From a virus (lineage: Duplodnaviria; Caudoviricetes): a DNA stretch of 64,000 bases. The first letter of the stretch is position 1. The number at the start of each line of letters is the position of its first letter. The notes beneath the pieces were generated by a model, which was not told the DNA's origin, did not search any database, and saw only the letters and a program-made list of their open reading frames with translations. A program made the translations under genes and the position numbers. The stretch is from IMG/VR virus record IMGVR_UViG_3300025401_000648; one strand, given 5' to 3'. Positions 54,600 to 64,000 of this stretch are shown here, one piece after another.

Positions 54600-54919
54600 T
54601 TAGCATCACAGAAGCAGCCAAAGAAAAAATCAACGACATATTATACCAAGAAAAGAACCCCAATGCGGCATTGAGAACATTTGTTCAAGGTGGCGGTTGT
54701 AGCGGATTCCAATACGGTTTTACTCTAGAAGATGTACAAAATGAAGATGATTTTGTGTTGGATACCGGAGTGTTCAAAGTACTTGTTGATGCCATGAGCA
54801 TGATGTATATGGAAGGCGCTGTAATTGATTACAAGGAGGATTTAATGTCTAGCCAATTTGTAATCAATAATCCCAATGCTATTAGCCAATGTGGATGCGG
54901 TAGTAGTTTTTCAGTATAA
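54596..54919 (+). CDS. erpA: A-type Fe-S carrier ErpA/IscA
   Basis: GGGCSGFQYGF and NPNA...CGCGSSF. Confidence 0.92.
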   Translation: MISITEAAKEKINDILYQEKNPNAALRTFVQGGGCSGFQYGFTLEDVQNEDDFVLDTGVFKVLVDAMSMMYMEGAVIDYKEDLMSSQFVINNPNAISQCGCGSSFSV

Positions 54920-54930
54920 AGGATAATACG

Positions 54931-55716
54931 ATGAAATTTGATATGATGGACATAGAAAAAATGGCTGAGGAAAATGACTCGGTCAACGAGCAAGTTACAG
55001 CATTTGTCAATAAAATAGAAGCTGATAACGAAGTACTATTTGATGTATCAGAAAGACAAGTCAAAAACTTCTACATGAATCATGGAAACAAGGATTTGGT
55101 AAAACACTTTACTAGTCGCATGGTCAATGAGCGTATGAACATGACTGAGTTAGCCAAACAGATTGCCAATGCTGATGCTGGCATGGATCCAAAAGAATTA
55201 CAGTTGCTGGCTAAGCAGGCCTTGGATGAGGCTAATCATTTCCGTATGGTCAAAGATGTAGTTGAACATTTGAATGGCGGCCCAATTGATGTTAAAGAAT
55301 TCGTTGAATGGGATCAGGCCAATAATGTCAGCTCAAAAGGTGCCAAACTTATTGCCAAATATGATTGCGATAATGATGAAATGGCCATGGCACTTTATCA
55401 ATTCATCTGTGAAGGTCGTGCCGCACGTAACTGGTTCATGATGTCCACATGTGTTACCGATCCATTCATTGCCAATACCTATGCTAGAATCGCCCGTGAT
55501 GAAAAATTCCATTCAAAGATTGGACGTCGCAAACTAATGCAACTTTGTGATACTCCAGAAAAACAAGCACGTGCCTTGAAGATTGCCAATCAAATGCGAA
55601 TTGATCTATATGAAATCAACTGTAGCGGATCTGGAGAGATGCCAGGCACTCGTGAGCTAATTGAACAGGCCTACGGCAAGGCAGAAGAGTTTGAAAATAG
55701 CAATCAGCCAGCGTGA
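54931..55716 (+). CDS. Ferritin-like diiron-carboxylate protein
   Basis: E...DEANH...E...DEKFH four-helix ligand pattern. Confidence 0.8.
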   Translation: MKFDMMDIEKMAEENDSVNEQVTAFVNKIEADNEVLFDVSERQVKNFYMNHGNKDLVKHFTSRMVNERMNMTELAKQIANADAGMDPKELQLLAKQALDEANHFRMVKDVVEHLNGGPIDVKEFVEWDQANNVSSKGAKLIAKYDCDNDEMAMALYQFICEGRAARNWFMMSTCVTDPFIANTYARIARDEKFHSKIGRRKLMQLCDTPEKQARALKIANQMRIDLYEINCSGSGEMPGTRELIEQAYGKAEEFENSNQPA

Positions 55717-56239
55717 ATCTGTTATAGGCGGTAGTGCTCTTAAACACGACTGCCTAGCACAAGTTTGGTACAAGTTTTTAAGCAAACATCAAATCATTCC
55801 CATCCCTAATGTGGATGTAGATTATGTCTACGATTTTGACATGCTGATATTAAGTGGCGGGAATTTTAGTTTTCCCAGGTTCCATACAGAATTAAAATTA
55901 TATAATCATGCCATGGATAACAATCTGCCCATATTGGGAGTTTGTCATGGCGCATTTTTTATTGCCGAGTTAACTGGTGCCCATTGCGAGGATATTGACG
56001 GCCATAGAGGCTTTGACCATGTTATTGAACTAGAAGGTGAAGAAGTGGTTGTTAATAGTTGGCACGGTAGTACCATTAAGTCTTTGGGTCCAGACTATAC
56101 TGCTATTGGTGTAGACAGTGAGAATAACATAGAAGCATTCAAACATAACTATAAACCTATTTGGGGTTTGTTATGGCATCCAGAAATCATGGTTAATCCT
56201 GTGTTGCCTAAAGAATTGGCCGAACTCCTAAAAATTTAA
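55691..56239 (+). CDS. Class I glutamine amidotransferase (peptidase C26/PuuD-like)
   Basis: LILSGG, GVCHG nucleophile, VNSWH, WHPE; TTG start MKIAISQR. Confidence 0.85.
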   Translation: MKIAISQRESVIGGSALKHDCLAQVWYKFLSKHQIIPIPNVDVDYVYDFDMLILSGGNFSFPRFHTELKLYNHAMDNNLPILGVCHGAFFIAELTGAHCEDIDGHRGFDHVIELEGEEVVVNSWHGSTIKSLGPDYTAIGVDSENNIEAFKHNYKPIWGLLWHPEIMVNPVLPKELAELLKI

Positions 56240-56241
56240 TA

Positions 56242-57690
56242 ATGAACAATCACTGCCTAATACTGAGCTCCAAGCACATTTATGACCACGGTAGAAATGT
56301 TGGTGCTTATAGCATAGCTTCTCATTTAAGAAGGAATGGATGGGATTGTACGGTTGTGGATTATTTTCTACAATGGAAACAATTAGAACTTATTGAGTAT
56401 TTAGAAAAACATATTACTAATGATACCAAGTGGGTTGGAATTTCTTACACATGGTTGTTCAATCAACGAAATACCAATGAGGCACTACCCACCATACATA
56501 ATCTAATTCAGAACATAAAGAAAATTAATCCTAATGTATTGTTGATAGCTGGTGGACAGAGTCCTTACGAACAAGACCTAGGTGTTGACTATTATATCTA
56601 TGGGTATGCTGAACATGCCATACTTAAGATATTGGATTATGAGTTTAATGATGGCGCCCCTGTATTTTACACAAAATTATTTGGAGGCAAATTAGTTGAT
56701 GCCATGCATAACTATGCGTCTTACAATCTACCAACCTATACAATAGACTACGAAGATACTGATTTTATTTCTAAGGGAGATGTACTTAGCGTAGAGTTTA
56801 GTAGAGGTTGTAAATTTAAATGTGACTTTTGTACATTTCCTTTTATAGGTATCAAAGAGGATACATCAACTTCTGAAGAACTGCTGTATAGAGAGTTAAT
56901 GACCAATTATCACACATGGGGTGTCAAAACCTATATTGTCGCAGATGAAACAGTCAACGATAGAATTGAAAAATTAATCAAGATTAAGAATGTGGTAAAC
57001 CGCTTGGACTTTAAACCAGATTTTACAGCTTTTGCTAGAGTAGACTTATTTAGAAGTCACCCCGAGGCAATTGAACTCATGGCAGAATGTCGTATTTGGG
57101 GACATTATTATGGGGTTGAAACATTTAATCAAAAATCTGGTAAAGTCATTGGCAAGGGTCAAAATCCTGAATACATAAAAGAATCATTACTTAAAGTCAA
57201 AGATTATTTCCAAAAGAATTTGGGGCAATATCGAGGTACAATAGGTATGATTTGTGGCTTACCGCACGAATCACTTGATAGCCTTCGTGAGTCATACAAG
57301 TGGCTAGTGGAAAACTGGAGTGATCAAAACGTCATTTGGTGGCCACTACAAATTGTTGATAACGGTAATTTATCAGCAATGGGTAAAGATTTTGCTAGTT
57401 ACGGATACAAAAAATTAGATGTAAACGCAAACACTCACAGATTATCAACCCTGGCATTGAACAATACAGAAATCTATTGGGAAAACGAATATACCAACAT
57501 ATTTGAAATTGATGAACTTATCCAAACAGAATTCACTCATAAATTCTATTTTGATAATTTTAAACTTTGGTTTTTGTTGCCTTACGCAGAATATGAAAAA
57601 TGTAAAAACTATCGAGATGGCGATGTCTGGGCTAATCTAGTACATCAAGCCAAAATACAAGAATACATCAATAATAAAAAACATTCTTGA
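56242..57690 (+). CDS. Cobalamin-binding radical SAM enzyme
   Basis: N-terminal B12-binding-like domain (GAYSIASHL, IAGG), SRGCKFKCDFC (CxxxCxxC), YGVET, MICGLPHE. Confidence 0.85.
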   Translation: MNNHCLILSSKHIYDHGRNVGAYSIASHLRRNGWDCTVVDYFLQWKQLELIEYLEKHITNDTKWVGISYTWLFNQRNTNEALPTIHNLIQNIKKINPNVLLIAGGQSPYEQDLGVDYYIYGYAEHAILKILDYEFNDGAPVFYTKLFGGKLVDAMHNYASYNLPTYTIDYEDTDFISKGDVLSVEFSRGCKFKCDFCTFPFIGIKEDTSTSEELLYRELMTNYHTWGVKTYIVADETVNDRIEKLIKIKNVVNRLDFKPDFTAFARVDLFRSHPEAIELMAECRIWGHYYGVETFNQKSGKVIGKGQNPEYIKESLLKVKDYFQKNLGQYRGTIGMICGLPHESLDSLRESYKWLVENWSDQNVIWWPLQIVDNGNLSAMGKDFASYGYKKLDVNANTHRLSTLALNNTEIYWENEYTNIFEIDELIQTEFTHKFYFDNFKLWFLLPYAEYEKCKNYRDGDVWANLVHQAKIQEYINNKKHS

Positions 57691-57715
57691 CTTTTTTATC
57701 AAATGATCGTATAAT
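57687..57715 (+). promoter_or_regulatory. sigma70-like promoter of ligase
   Basis: TTGACT-17-TATAAT. Confidence 0.75.
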
Positions 57716-57746
57716 ATTAGTATCACAGTTAGACACAGGACAAACT

Positions 57747-59060
57747 ATGTATCAAATCATTCAAGAGCTTGAAGCAGACAACAGCCGTCTTGCCAAAGAA
57801 GCAATTATTTTCCGTGAAGCACAAGCCAACAACGTGGAGTTCTTTGAAGGACTTCGTTTGGCATTTGACCCCATGATCACATTTGGTGTTAAGAAAGTGC
57901 CCACACATGGTGGCGGTGAAGGACAGGGTTTGCCATGGGCGGCCTTCAAGGAACTGTGTTTGGGATTGAGCCGTAGAGACTTTACTGGACATGCGGCGCG
58001 TGATGCCATTGAGTTGGCCTTGAGCGCCAGCACTAAGGAACAATGGAATGGCTGGTACCGTCGTATTCTTATCAAAGACATGCGAGCAGGTTTTGGTGAA
58101 ACCACTGTGAACAAGATGGTTGAAAAAGCACAACATCCTGAATTTGCTATTCCCTTATTTGAATGTATGTTGGCGCATGACGGTGCCAAGCATGAAAAGA
58201 AAATCACAGGCAAAAAACTACTGGAACCCAAGTTAGATGGTGTTCGAGTTATCACTGTGATCAACGCAGGTAATAAGACAGCCACAATGTACAGCCGTAA
58301 CGGCAAGTTGTTGGAAAACTTCACGCACATTACCACAGCCATTGAAGCAAATATTGACCTATTTGAGCGTAGCATGGTGCTGGATGGTGAAATGGTATCC
58401 AGCTCATTCCAAGCACTAATGAAACAGGTACATCGTAAGAGTGATGTACAAAGCGAAGACGCACGTCTAATGCTGTTTGATATTCTACCAATGACTGAGT
58501 TCCAAGCAGGTGTCAGCACCATGGGACAACGCCGCCGTAGCAATCTACTCAAGAGCATGAAAGATACGTTTGATAAGATTGGTAGTATTGACATTATTCC
58601 ACAAACAGAAGTAGACTTGGACAGTTATGTGGGTGAGCTGGAATTTAAACAGTATAACAAAGATGCTATTAAAGCTGGCTACGAAGGCATCATGATCAAG
58701 GACATTGATGCTCCCTATGAAGCCAAACGCAGTGCCAGCTGGCTCAAGATGAAACCTTTTATTGAAGTTAGTTTGACAGTTACCGCAGTGGAAGAAGGCA
58801 CAGGCAGAAATGAAGGCAAACTAGGCGCCTTTATCTGTGAAGGACAAGATGATGGACTTCAAATTCAAGTCAATGTTGGCTCAGGGTTCAGCGATGCCCA
58901 GCGTAAAGACTTTTGGGATAGCAAGGACACCCTGGTGGGACAGATTGTAGAAGTTAGAGCAGATGCGGCCACTAAGAACCAAGACAGCGAAGAAGTTTAT
59001 TCTTTGCGTTTCCCACGCTTCCTCAGATTCCGTGGATTCCTAGCAGGCGAAAAACTCTAA
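57747..59060 (+). CDS. lig: ATP-dependent DNA ligase (gp30-like)
   Basis: EPKLDGVR, LDGEM, EGIMIK, WLKMK, LRFPRF; start reassigned to ATG 57747. Confidence 0.93.
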   Translation: MYQIIQELEADNSRLAKEAIIFREAQANNVEFFEGLRLAFDPMITFGVKKVPTHGGGEGQGLPWAAFKELCLGLSRRDFTGHAARDAIELALSASTKEQWNGWYRRILIKDMRAGFGETTVNKMVEKAQHPEFAIPLFECMLAHDGAKHEKKITGKKLLEPKLDGVRVITVINAGNKTATMYSRNGKLLENFTHITTAIEANIDLFERSMVLDGEMVSSSFQALMKQVHRKSDVQSEDARLMLFDILPMTEFQAGVSTMGQRRRSNLLKSMKDTFDKIGSIDIIPQTEVDLDSYVGELEFKQYNKDAIKAGYEGIMIKDIDAPYEAKRSASWLKMKPFIEVSLTVTAVEEGTGRNEGKLGAFICEGQDDGLQIQVNVGSGFSDAQRKDFWDSKDTLVGQIVEVRADAATKNQDSEEVYSLRFPRFLRFRGFLAGEKL

Positions 59061-59099
59061 GACGAGTAAATAATTCTTTAAAGGAGATGGTAGTACATC

Positions 59100-59318
59100 G
59101 TGGCAAAGCAAGATAGTATCGAAATGATGGGCGTGGTCGAGGAAACACTGCCTAATAGTATGTTTCGAGTTAGATTAGAAAATAATGCTCTAGTATTGGG
59201 GCATATCAGTGGCCGTATACGCCAAAATAAAATCCAAATCCTACTTGGTGATCGGGTGCGTACAGAAATTAGTCCCTACGATTTAACCAAGGCAAGAATA
59301 GTTTTTAGAGAAAAATAA
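59100..59318 (+). CDS. infA: Translation initiation factor IF-1
   Basis: [12 protein letters not shown]...GHISGRIR...ILLGDRV..E.SPYDL. Confidence 0.95.
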   Translation: MAKQDSIEMMGVVEETLPNSMFRVRLENNALVLGHISGRIRQNKIQILLGDRVRTEISPYDLTKARIVFREK

Positions 59319-59341
59319 AAAAGCCCCATTAGGGGCTTTTT
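59318..59341. terminator. Bidirectional intrinsic terminator
   Basis: AAAAAGCCCC-ATTA-GGGGCTTTTT between convergent genes. Confidence 0.85.
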
Positions 59342-59852
59342 ATTCTAAGTAACCTTCCCAATTAGAGTAAGGTAAATCCCATCTTAATCTTTTACGCTTT
59401 TCAGCCAATTGGAAGTAAGTGGGCTTGTAGGGCTTGATCTTGGGAACAATTTTCTTATTGTTACCCTTGGTTGAGTTACAGGTAGAACAAGCACATACAC
59501 AATTTTCAAAAGTGGTCTTACCACCGTGACTAACTGGTAGCACATGATCCAATGTAGCAGTCTTGCGGGCAACATCATCTCCGCAGTATTGACATACATA
59601 GCTGTCCCGTAGGAAAACATTGTGCTTGCTGAAACGCACATTGGTTTTCTTCTTTTGGTAATCTTTTAGGATCATAACTGATGGAACACGGGTGCTCCAA
59701 CGTTCACTTCTAACGACCCAATCTTCATGCCATTCCAGAACAGTGGCTTTATCGCTGACAAGATAGCGAATAGATTCTTCCCAAGAGATCACACTTAGGG
59801 GAAGTAGACTAACTGGGCTAGCATCCGCATTTAAAATTAAACAAGCTGACAA
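59340..59852 (-). CDS. HNH endonuclease (McrA-like)
   Basis: RD.Y.CQYCG, TLDHVLP...GG..N..AC..CN..KGN; TTG start after GAGG. Confidence 0.9.
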   Translation of the reverse strand: MSACLILNADASPVSLLPLSVISWEESIRYLVSDKATVLEWHEDWVVRSERWSTRVPSVMILKDYQKKKTNVRFSKHNVFLRDSYVCQYCGDDVARKTATLDHVLPVSHGGKTTFENCVCACSTCNSTKGNNKKIVPKIKPYKPTYFQLAEKRKRLRWDLPYSNWEGYLE

Positions 59853-59920
59853 AATATCCTCACTAATTCTACAGTATTTACCTGTATAAAAAACAAGCCT
59901 TAGTATAACATCATTAAATG

Positions 59921-60208
59921 TCAAAGTCTATCAATTTCAATATCTGAATCTATGGGCATGTTCCAAATACGTCTACGTTCCACCCCCTTTTCTTGTGCAA
60001 ATCTCTTGGCATCACACTGGGAGCAAACATGATAATAATCATTGTTTAGACGTTTTTTGTTTATTCTAGCAAGGTCTCGTTCAAATTCAGTTTCACAGGC
60101 GTCACACTTTAATATCACCACAGACTTTTTTCGTGTGTAGGTATGACGACCGCCCAGTTTGCTATCCCGGGTATAAACTTGTGTGGCTTTTTTGATTCCA
60201 ATGAACAT
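59921..60208 (-). CDS. Zn-ribbon hypothetical protein
   Basis: CDAC...HVCSQC; TAAATA (60213-60218) 4 nt upstream. Confidence 0.65.
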   Translation of the reverse strand: MFIGIKKATQVYTRDSKLGGRHTYTRKKSVVILKCDACETEFERDLARINKKRLNNDYYHVCSQCDAKRFAQEKGVERRRIWNMPIDSDIEIDRL

Positions 60209-60273
60209 AGTGTATTTACATTAGGTTTATAGAATCCCTAACTAAATATGAGTAATCCACTAAGGAATACCCG

Positions 60274-61377
60274 ATGACAATCCTATATGTAAACACAGGC
60301 ACAAGTGCTAACGCAGGCAATGGCGACAGTATTCGATTGGCCTTTACCAAAGTTAATGGCAATTTTGCTGAAATAGTAGGTGATATCGCCGCATTGAACG
60401 CAGGCGGGTTTACCACTATAACCGTAGCAACCACAATGACCAGTCAAGATATTGTATCAACTGGCACAGCCTATTTTAATAATGCATCATTTAGTGGTAC
60501 AATTACAGGAACAACAGTGTTTGACAATATCACTGTTAAGAATGTTGCCCAAGCCTATCAATTTATTGGCACCAATATTAATGTTACCAACGCAGCCTTC
60601 CATGATGTGGCCATTACTGGAAGCCTATCAGGCAACTTACAATTTGCCAATTTGACTGTGACTAATACACTCACTGTTGGCACAGTTCATGCTCTACAAA
60701 CAATCAACGTGGGCGATTATACCATTGCTCAAACCAATCAATATAATGATTTTAGTATTATTAAAAATGACGTCAATGGATTGGCTCTAGTGTTATTGAA
60801 CACGCAAGCGGATAGTTTTAACGAAATTCAATTACAGGATAACATCAGTGGCGGATTGACTCTAGCACACCAAAACAGTACGAATCCATCGGGGCTTTAT
60901 ACAGCTGGGCAAAATTATATCTATGGTGAAACACCTACAGATGTTATCAATTTTGGTGCTTATTCAGATATTAACTTTTTTGCCAGTGTGGCTAATTACA
61001 ACAATCCTAATAATACATACAATAATCCTTTGGCAAATATCAGTGCCGAAACACAACAAATATCATTTAATACCACTGTGTCATTTAACAGTACAGTATT
61101 GGGTATCCAACAAGGTGAAATAATACAGAGTGCTACTCCACCAAGTCCTGCTTCTACTACTACTTTATGGTACGATACAATTACTGGGCGTACCTATGTA
61201 TACGATAACGGATGGGTTGACTCTAGCCCATCGGGTAATAATGTGGCCATTGTTAGTCCGCCAGCATACAGTACCAGTACTGGATTTATAGGACAAATAG
61301 CTCACGATGCAACCTATGTGTATATCTGTGTAGGAACAAGTACATGGGTACGCAGTTCGATTGTTGGTGGATGGTAA
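60274..61377 (+). CDS. Virion tail/baseplate-associated protein
   Basis: NTGTSANAGNGDSIRLAFTKVN.NF resembles T4 gp9/gp10-type N-terminal motif; WYDT..GR.YVYD..WVD. Confidence 0.7.
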   Translation: MTILYVNTGTSANAGNGDSIRLAFTKVNGNFAEIVGDIAALNAGGFTTITVATTMTSQDIVSTGTAYFNNASFSGTITGTTVFDNITVKNVAQAYQFIGTNINVTNAAFHDVAITGSLSGNLQFANLTVTNTLTVGTVHALQTINVGDYTIAQTNQYNDFSIIKNDVNGLALVLLNTQADSFNEIQLQDNISGGLTLAHQNSTNPSGLYTAGQNYIYGETPTDVINFGAYSDINFFASVANYNNPNNTYNNPLANISAETQQISFNTTVSFNSTVLGIQQGEIIQSATPPSPASTTTLWYDTITGRTYVYDNGWVDSSPSGNNVAIVSPPAYSTSTGFIGQIAHDATYVYICVGTSTWVRSSIVGGW

Positions 61378-61399
61378 TACAAATTAGGAATCATAACGA

Positions 61400-64000
61400 A
61401 TGGCCCAATTAAATTTCCCACTAAATGCTACAACTGGGACGCAGTATACTGGCGACAATGGTACTACCTATATATTTGACGGCACAAGATGGATAGGTCA
61501 TAGTCCTAATTTAGAAATAGCAACTAATTCTATCAGTAATAACATGCACGTCATCCAAGTTGATGGTGCTGGTAACTTGGTATTGCCTGACTATGTCTTA
61601 CCTATTACCACTGGACTACCAGGACAGATGCTGACATGGCCTAACACTGGTACAGTACTAACTTGGACTACGGCCACAGGCGAATCAGGTGGTCATGGAT
61701 TTACTGGCAGCGTAGGTCCTGTGGGTTATACTGGATCATCTAGTACAGCATCAGGATACACTGGTAGTTTGGGATATACAGGTAGCATTGGTCCACAAGG
61801 CTATACTGGTTCATCTAGTACAGCGTCAGGATACACTGGTAGTTTGGGATATACAGGCAGTATAGGTCCACAAGGCTACACTGGTTCAGCCAGCACACAA
61901 ATTGGTTATACAGGCAGTATAGGCCCACAAGGGACACAGGGTTATACTGGTAGTGGTGGTTATGCTGGTAGTCAAGGTAATCTAGGTTATACAGGAAGTT
62001 TAGGTGATACTGGTTATACAGGCAGTATAGGCCCGCAAGGTTACACTGGCAGCATTGGACCATTAGGCTACACAGGTAGTATTGGTCCACAAGGTATCAC
62101 AGGATACTCAGGTAGTCAAGGCATTATTGGATATAGTGGTAGTATTGGTCCACAAGGCTACACTGGTAGTGTTGGTGTAAGCGGACCCAGCGGCCCAAGC
62201 GGCCCGCAAGGACCTATAGGATTACAGGGTGTTAGTGTTACTTTAGTAGGTAGTACTAGTACAAGTACACTATTACCAGTAACAGGAAATCCTGGTGATG
62301 GTTGGATTGTAACACAAACTGGCGACTTATGGTTTTGGAGTACAGCGCATAGTCGTTGGGAAGATATTGGAAAAATTATAGGACCTGCCGGACCTCAAGG
62401 ACCACAAGGTTATACCGGTTCAGCGAGCACACAAATTGGTTACAGTGGCTCAGTTGGTCCACAAGGATATAGTGGTAGTATTGGTCCACAAGGCTACACT
62501 GGTAGTGTTGGCACTAGAGGAAATACTGGTCCAACTGGCCCACAAGGAGCAACTGGATATACTGGTAGCTTTGGTTCATTGGGCTACAGTGGTAGTGCCG
62601 GAGTTGTTGGCTATACTGGTAGTATAGGCCCACAAGGATATAGTGGTAGTCTAGGATATTCAGGTAGTGCCTGGACAGGGACACTAACAACCAGCACACT
62701 GGTAAATGGAATTTATTCAGTATCAGTAGATTCAACAGGCAGTGTTAATTTGGTAAATGCTTCAGATGGAGCAGGCGCTTTATTACAAAGTAATGTTCCT
62801 GTTAGAATTGATAGTAATGGCAATGTTTGGTCATTTAAAGCCGATGGCGGCGAGATACTTACCATTACTCCATTTGGCGGCGATAACTTTGCTAGTCTAT
62901 ATGGACAAAATAATTTAACATTGAGCCTTGGCAATAATGATGCTGTAATTAATGTTAGTATTGGCGGCGCAATTACTGTTGTTAATTCTGGAACAGGATA
63001 TATTGCTGGCACATTACCTAGTGTCAATGGTGTTAGGTTTAATATCACAACAACTCCTGTTGTCCCTTCTATGGTATTACCAGGGGGTTCAACAATCAGC
63101 ACAACAGACAGCGGTGAACAAACTATAATAGCCAACGGTGTTGCTGATATTAATGTGGATGGCGATAATGGTAGAGTGGTTATAAACGCCAATACCTTTA
63201 CCTATATTTTTGCTGGCGGATTGACATTCCCAGACTCAACAGTACAATCTACAGCGTTCACTGGTACAGCAACATCATTGGCCAACGGTGGACCTAGCAT
63301 CACAGTAGACAATGGTGGCAATCTTACAGTTCCAGGAACTGTATTTGCCAATGGAGTAACTGTTACTGGTGGAATAACTATACCTAACAATGGACAGGCT
63401 GGTAGCATTCAATCACAAAACGGCCAAGGTAATATATATTTTAATACTGATAATAGTTTAATATTCATTATCACTGGAACTTATCAAGTATCATTTAATC
63501 CCGACGGAACTGTTACATTCCCTGGTTATATATTCCCTGAAGGTACTCCTACTGCTGGACAAGTACTAACCGCTAGTAGTGACAATCCATTATACCTAGA
63601 ATGGGATACTCCTAGCGGCGGATCTGGATTTGCTACAACAAGCACATTAATCAACGGAACTAGTACATTTACTCTAAATGCTAATGGTAGTTTAACATTC
63701 CCAGACTCAAGTGTACAAACCACAGCATGGACTGGAGTATTGCCTAATCCGGCATTTGTTGGAAGTACCTATACTGGTTTAGCCAGTGCTGTGGCCTTAA
63801 ACATAAACAACACAGGGCCAGTAGGTCAAGTTAAAACACAATTAAACTTGATCAATACCGCAGGCAACGCAGGTACTGGTAGTGCTATTGATTACTTTAC
63901 CTATGTTGATCAAGGTAACGGTTTGCCTGGTGCTAGACTACAGGCAGTAGACGACAACGCCTATAGTGCTAATTTCAGTATAGCATTAAAAGGCAAAGGC
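61400..64000 (+). CDS. Collagen-like tail fibre protein, truncated by window end (not in ORF track)
   Basis: MAQLNFP...; Gly-X-Y repeats GYTGSIGPQ; open to 64000. Confidence 0.85.
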   Translation, partial: MAQLNFPLNATTGTQYTGDNGTTYIFDGTRWIGHSPNLEIATNSISNNMHVIQVDGAGNLVLPDYVLPITTGLPGQMLTWPNTGTVLTWTTATGESGGHGFTGSVGPVGYTGSSSTASGYTGSLGYTGSIGPQGYTGSSSTASGYTGSLGYTGSIGPQGYTGSASTQIGYTGSIGPQGTQGYTGSGGYAGSQGNLGYTGSLGDTGYTGSIGPQGYTGSIGPLGYTGSIGPQGITGYSGSQGIIGYSGSIGPQGYTGSVGVSGPSGPSGPQGPIGLQGVSVTLVGSTSTSTLLPVTGNPGDGWIVTQTGDLWFWSTAHSRWEDIGKIIGPAGPQGPQGYTGSASTQIGYSGSVGPQGYSGSIGPQGYTGSVGTRGNTGPTGPQGATGYTGSFGSLGYSGSAGVVGYTGSIGPQGYSGSLGYSGSAWTGTLTTSTLVNGIYSVSVDSTGSVNLVNASDGAGALLQSNVPVRIDSNGNVWSFKADGGEILTITPFGGDNFASLYGQNNLTLSLGNNDAVINVSIGGAITVVNSGTGYIAGTLPSVNGVRFNITTTPVVPSMVLPGGSTISTTDSGEQTIIANGVADINVDGDNGRVVINANTFTYIFAGGLTFPDSTVQSTAFTGTATSLANGGPSITVDNGGNLTVPGTVFANGVTVTGGITIPNNGQAGSIQSQNGQGNIYFNTDNSLIFIITGTYQVSFNPDGTVTFPGYIFPEGTPTAGQVLTASSDNPLYLEWDTPSGGSGFATTSTLINGTSTFTLNANGSLTFPDSSVQTTAWTGVLPNPAFVGSTYTGLASAVALNINNTGPVGQVKTQLNLINTAGNAGTGSAIDYFTYVDQGNGLPGARLQAVDDNAYSANFSIALKGKG
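61680..62670 (+). repeat. Collagen-coding Gly-X-Y repeats
   Basis: Repeated GGA/GGT TAT ACT GGT AGT units. Confidence 0.85.

Noticed and set aside
59340-59852. HNH gene as a mobile homing element
   Set aside because: Free-standing McrA-like HNH with no intron context or disrupted neighbour
1-64000. Stop-codon reassignment
   Set aside because: Core genes are full length in code 11, all three stops end genes, and no suppressor tRNA is seen

Overview
The window is part of a large, T4-like (myovirus-type) lytic phage genome in the standard genetic code. ErpA and IF-1 look proteobacterial, which suggests such a host; this is inference. 1-20 kb is an AT-rich core: terminase, gp32 SSB, UvsX/UvsY/UvsW, gp62-like clamp-loader subunit, primase and helicase. 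An ADP-heptose operon (cupin, HldD, HldC-like, HldA-like) and a 189-aa miniature DnaE sit inside this core. 20-28 kb is accessory: YqgE/AlgH, a nucleotidyltransferase, a Tyr-rich protein/ATP-pyrophosphatase/sulfotransferase-like/methyltransferase/TctA/TctC operon, a 5'(3')-nucleotidase and a 2OG oxygenase. 28.4-43.4 kb is a visibly GC-richer early block of small genes behind 24 near-consensus sigma70 promoter+leader cassettes, many with palindromic spacers. It also holds tRNA-Asp, tRNA-Ile(CAT), two candidate structured ncRNAs, a tandem-hairpin element, an origin-like repeat region and a 5-copy paralog array with repeated junctions. 43.7-64 kb has Gly-, Cys- and collagen-rich virion proteins, an AspH-type hydroxylase, two GT9-like glycosyltransferases, a SleB-type hydrolase, an ErpA/diiron/GATase/B12-radical-SAM operon, DNA ligase, IF-1 and an HNH nuclease. 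All calls come from motifs read by eye; no database search or folding computation was run. Best candidates for undescribed systems: the heptose pathway plus GT9s, the mini-DnaE, the Fe-S/diiron/GATase/B12-rSAM operon, the promoter-cassette array and the tRNA-flanking RNAs.
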